Positions 60,783 through 64,000 of a stretch of DNA of 64,000 nt are shown piece after piece. The DNA comes from an uncultured Planctomycetia bacterium (lineage in GTDB: Bacteria > Omnitrophota > Gorgyraeia > JABMRG01). The stretch's first letter is position 1, and the number at the start of each line of letters is the position of its first letter. The stretch is taken from NCBI GenBank assembly GCA_964634945.1, contig CAZWMG010000005.1, positions 16,306-80,305 on the forward strand. Direction: 5' to 3'. The position numbers were made by a program, and so were the translations under genes. The notes below the pieces were generated by a model. The model was not told the DNA's origin. It saw only the letters and a list, made by a program, of their open reading frames with translations, and searched no databases.

Positions 60783-60838
60783 TTATTAGGGACAGCTACC
60801 AATTATTATAATTTGTAATTGGTAGCTGTCCCTAATAA
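60783..60838. repeat. Perfect 23-bp inverted repeat (GGGACAG..CTGTCCC) just after gdhA
   Basis: ttattagggacagctaccaatta-10 nt-taattggtagctgtccctaataa. Confidence 0.8.
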
Positions 60839-60846
60839 TACGCTAT

Positions 60847-62232
<1,386 letters not shown>

Positions 62233-62240
62233 CTAAAACC

Positions 62241-63665
62241 TCATTGTTTAAAAAGATATTCTATTATAGCCTTTGAGGCCTTCTTTGCCATCCCCATGGC
62301 TTCGATAACCGTTCCTTCGCCGCCGACAACATCGCCACCGGCGTAAACTGACTTTATTGAAGTCTCCATTGTCTCGGGCTCAACAATAATATCAGACCAT
62401 TTATCTATCTTTAAATCAGGCGTCTGCTGTATCAACACCTGGTTAGCTTTAAGGCCTACCGCGATAATAGCCTCATCGCAATCTGTTTCAAACTCACTAC
62501 CGTTTATCGCAATTGGCCTTCTCCTGCCGCTCTTATCAGGCTCGCCTAACTCGCAGCGCAGCGATCTTATTGTTTTAACAAATGAATTTTCGTCATCACC
62601 CAAAAATGCCACAGGCTGGACTAAAAATTCGAATTTAACACCCTCTTCTTTCGCGTGATGTATCTCGAGTCTGCGCGCGGGCATCTCATTTTCCGTACGC
62701 CTGTAAAAGACGGTTACATCCGGCTCTATATTATTAAGTTTCTGCAAACGAAGCGCCACCCTTGCCGCGTCCATAGCGGTATTGCCACCTCCAGCGACAA
62801 TGATATGCTCGCCGATATTTATAGGGGTGTGGTATTCAGGGAACCTATAAGCGCCCATCAGATTGACCCTGGTTAAAAATTCATTGGCAGAATATATATT
62901 GCACAGATTCTCACCCGGGATATTTAAAAAAGATGGAACGCCTGCCCCAAGGCCTAAAAAGACCGCGGAAAATCCCTGCTCAAATAGTTCTTTTAATAAC
63001 ACTGTCTTTCCTATAATAACGTTACATTCAATAGATACGCCCAGCTTCTTTAGATAATCTATCTCCGCGTCTAATGCGTCCTGTGGAAGCCTGAAAGGGG
63101 GTATGCCATAGCGAAGAACACCGCCCGGCTTATGCAACGCTTCATAGACAACTACCTCAACGCCTTTTCTTGCCAATTCTCCGGCGCAACATAAACCCGC
63201 GGGGCCGGAGCCTACTACAGCTACTTTAAATCCTGAAAGCTTCTTATCCTTATTTACGGCTATCTCCAGATTATTTTTCATGCCAAAATCAGCTACAAAG
63301 CGCTCCAGAAAATGGATATTAATAGCTTTTTCAGAAGCGAAAGGTTCGCCTTTTTTGGAAAATACACACGCCTTTCTGCATTGATACTCCGCTGGGCAGA
63401 CCCTTCCACACATAGCGGGAAAATTATTTTTCTCCCTTATAGTAGAATACGCGCTTTTATAATCTTTTTGTGTGATCTCCAGAATAAATTTCTTTATATC
63501 TATACCTACAGGACATCCTGCTATACAAGCGGGGTTTTTGCATTGAATGCATCTTGAGGCCTCTGCCAGGGCCTCTTCCTCTGAATAGACAGAACAGACT
63601 TCTTGAAAACTCTTTGCCCTTACTAGTGGGTCTATCTCTTGTGGTTTTATCGGGTCTTTTTTCAT
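62241..63665 (-). CDS. GltD-like flavoprotein (NfnB/SudA-type large subunit)
   Basis: RCIQCKNPAC..GCP..CGRVCP Fe-S motifs, GSGPAG, GGGNTAMD, AGGDVV. Confidence 0.9.
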   Translation of the reverse strand: MKKDPIKPQEIDPLVRAKSFQEVCSVYSEEEALAEASRCIQCKNPACIAGCPVGIDIKKFILEITQKDYKSAYSTIREKNNFPAMCGRVCPAEYQCRKACVFSKKGEPFASEKAINIHFLERFVADFGMKNNLEIAVNKDKKLSGFKVAVVGSGPAGLCCAGELARKGVEVVVYEALHKPGGVLRYGIPPFRLPQDALDAEIDYLKKLGVSIECNVIIGKTVLLKELFEQGFSAVFLGLGAGVPSFLNIPGENLCNIYSANEFLTRVNLMGAYRFPEYHTPINIGEHIIVAGGGNTAMDAARVALRLQKLNNIEPDVTVFYRRTENEMPARRLEIHHAKEEGVKFEFLVQPVAFLGDDENSFVKTIRSLRCELGEPDKSGRRRPIAINGSEFETDCDEAIIAVGLKANQVLIQQTPDLKIDKWSDIIVEPETMETSIKSVYAGGDVVGGEGTVIEAMGMAKKASKAIIEYLFKQ

Positions 63666-63687
63666 CTCGCTTCTCTCTTGCGCCTTA

Positions 63688-64000
63688 TCACTTGTGCCTG
63701 TTTAACTTACAGATATGGTTCTCTTTTTCAACGTATGTCTTTGTGCGCTTTACAAGCTCTTCCCAATCAACCAGATGCGCGTCAAATTCAGGGCCGTCAA
63801 CACAGCTAAACTTTACCTCATCAGCTATCTTTACACGGCAACCACCGCACATGCCTGTCGCGTCTACCATCAGGGCATTTAACGATACTATGGTCTTTAG
63901 GTTATATCCCTTTGTAATCTCTGAGACGAGTTTCATCATAGGGATAGGGCCTACAGCGTATACTAAATCGTACTGCGTATTGCGTGATGCGCCTGCCTCG
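63688..64000 (-). CDS. Ferredoxin-NADP reductase-like small subunit (NfnA/SudB-type), 3' part; start is outside the window
   Basis: Frame stays open to the edge: ..EAGASRNTQYDLVYAVGPIPMMK..SLNALMVDATGMCGGCRV..FSCVDGPEFD. Confidence 0.9.
   Translation of the reverse strand, partial: EAGASRNTQYDLVYAVGPIPMMKLVSEITKGYNLKTIVSLNALMVDATGMCGGCRVKIADEVKFSCVDGPEFDAHLVDWEELVKRTKTYVEKENHICKLNRHK

Overview
A 64 kb core-genome window in which every credible gene lies on the minus strand. It contains a continuous translation/transcription super-cluster (tRNA-Thr, tuf, rpmG, tRNA-Trp, secE, nusG, rplKAJL, rpoBC, rpsLG, fusA, a second identical tuf, then the S10, spc and alpha clusters to a truncated rpoA). 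Upstream are a Thr-Tyr-Gly-Thr tRNA cluster split by protein genes, a tilS-ftsH-folP-cdaA-cdaR-glmM-pdxJ-acpS-nnrD run, a CAT-anticodon tRNA beside a patch of small membrane/secreted hypothetical genes, and an nfnAB-gdhA-lhgO-like-carB-guaA-purSQLF-DUF1846 run. The missing L30 gene and the RpoA N-terminus suggest a PVC-group bacterium, possibly Omnitrophota (inference only). The least explained signal is non-coding. Many spacers carry (i) modular, nested palindromes sharing a strand-specific tandem G.A mismatch motif and (ii) degenerate 6/7/9-nt periodic repeats, often arranged as two complementary arms. The periodic repeats also occur in frame in L15, NnrD and NfnA, where a small palindrome accompanies them. 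No transposase or nuclease that could spread them is encoded in the window. All alignments and structures were read by eye.
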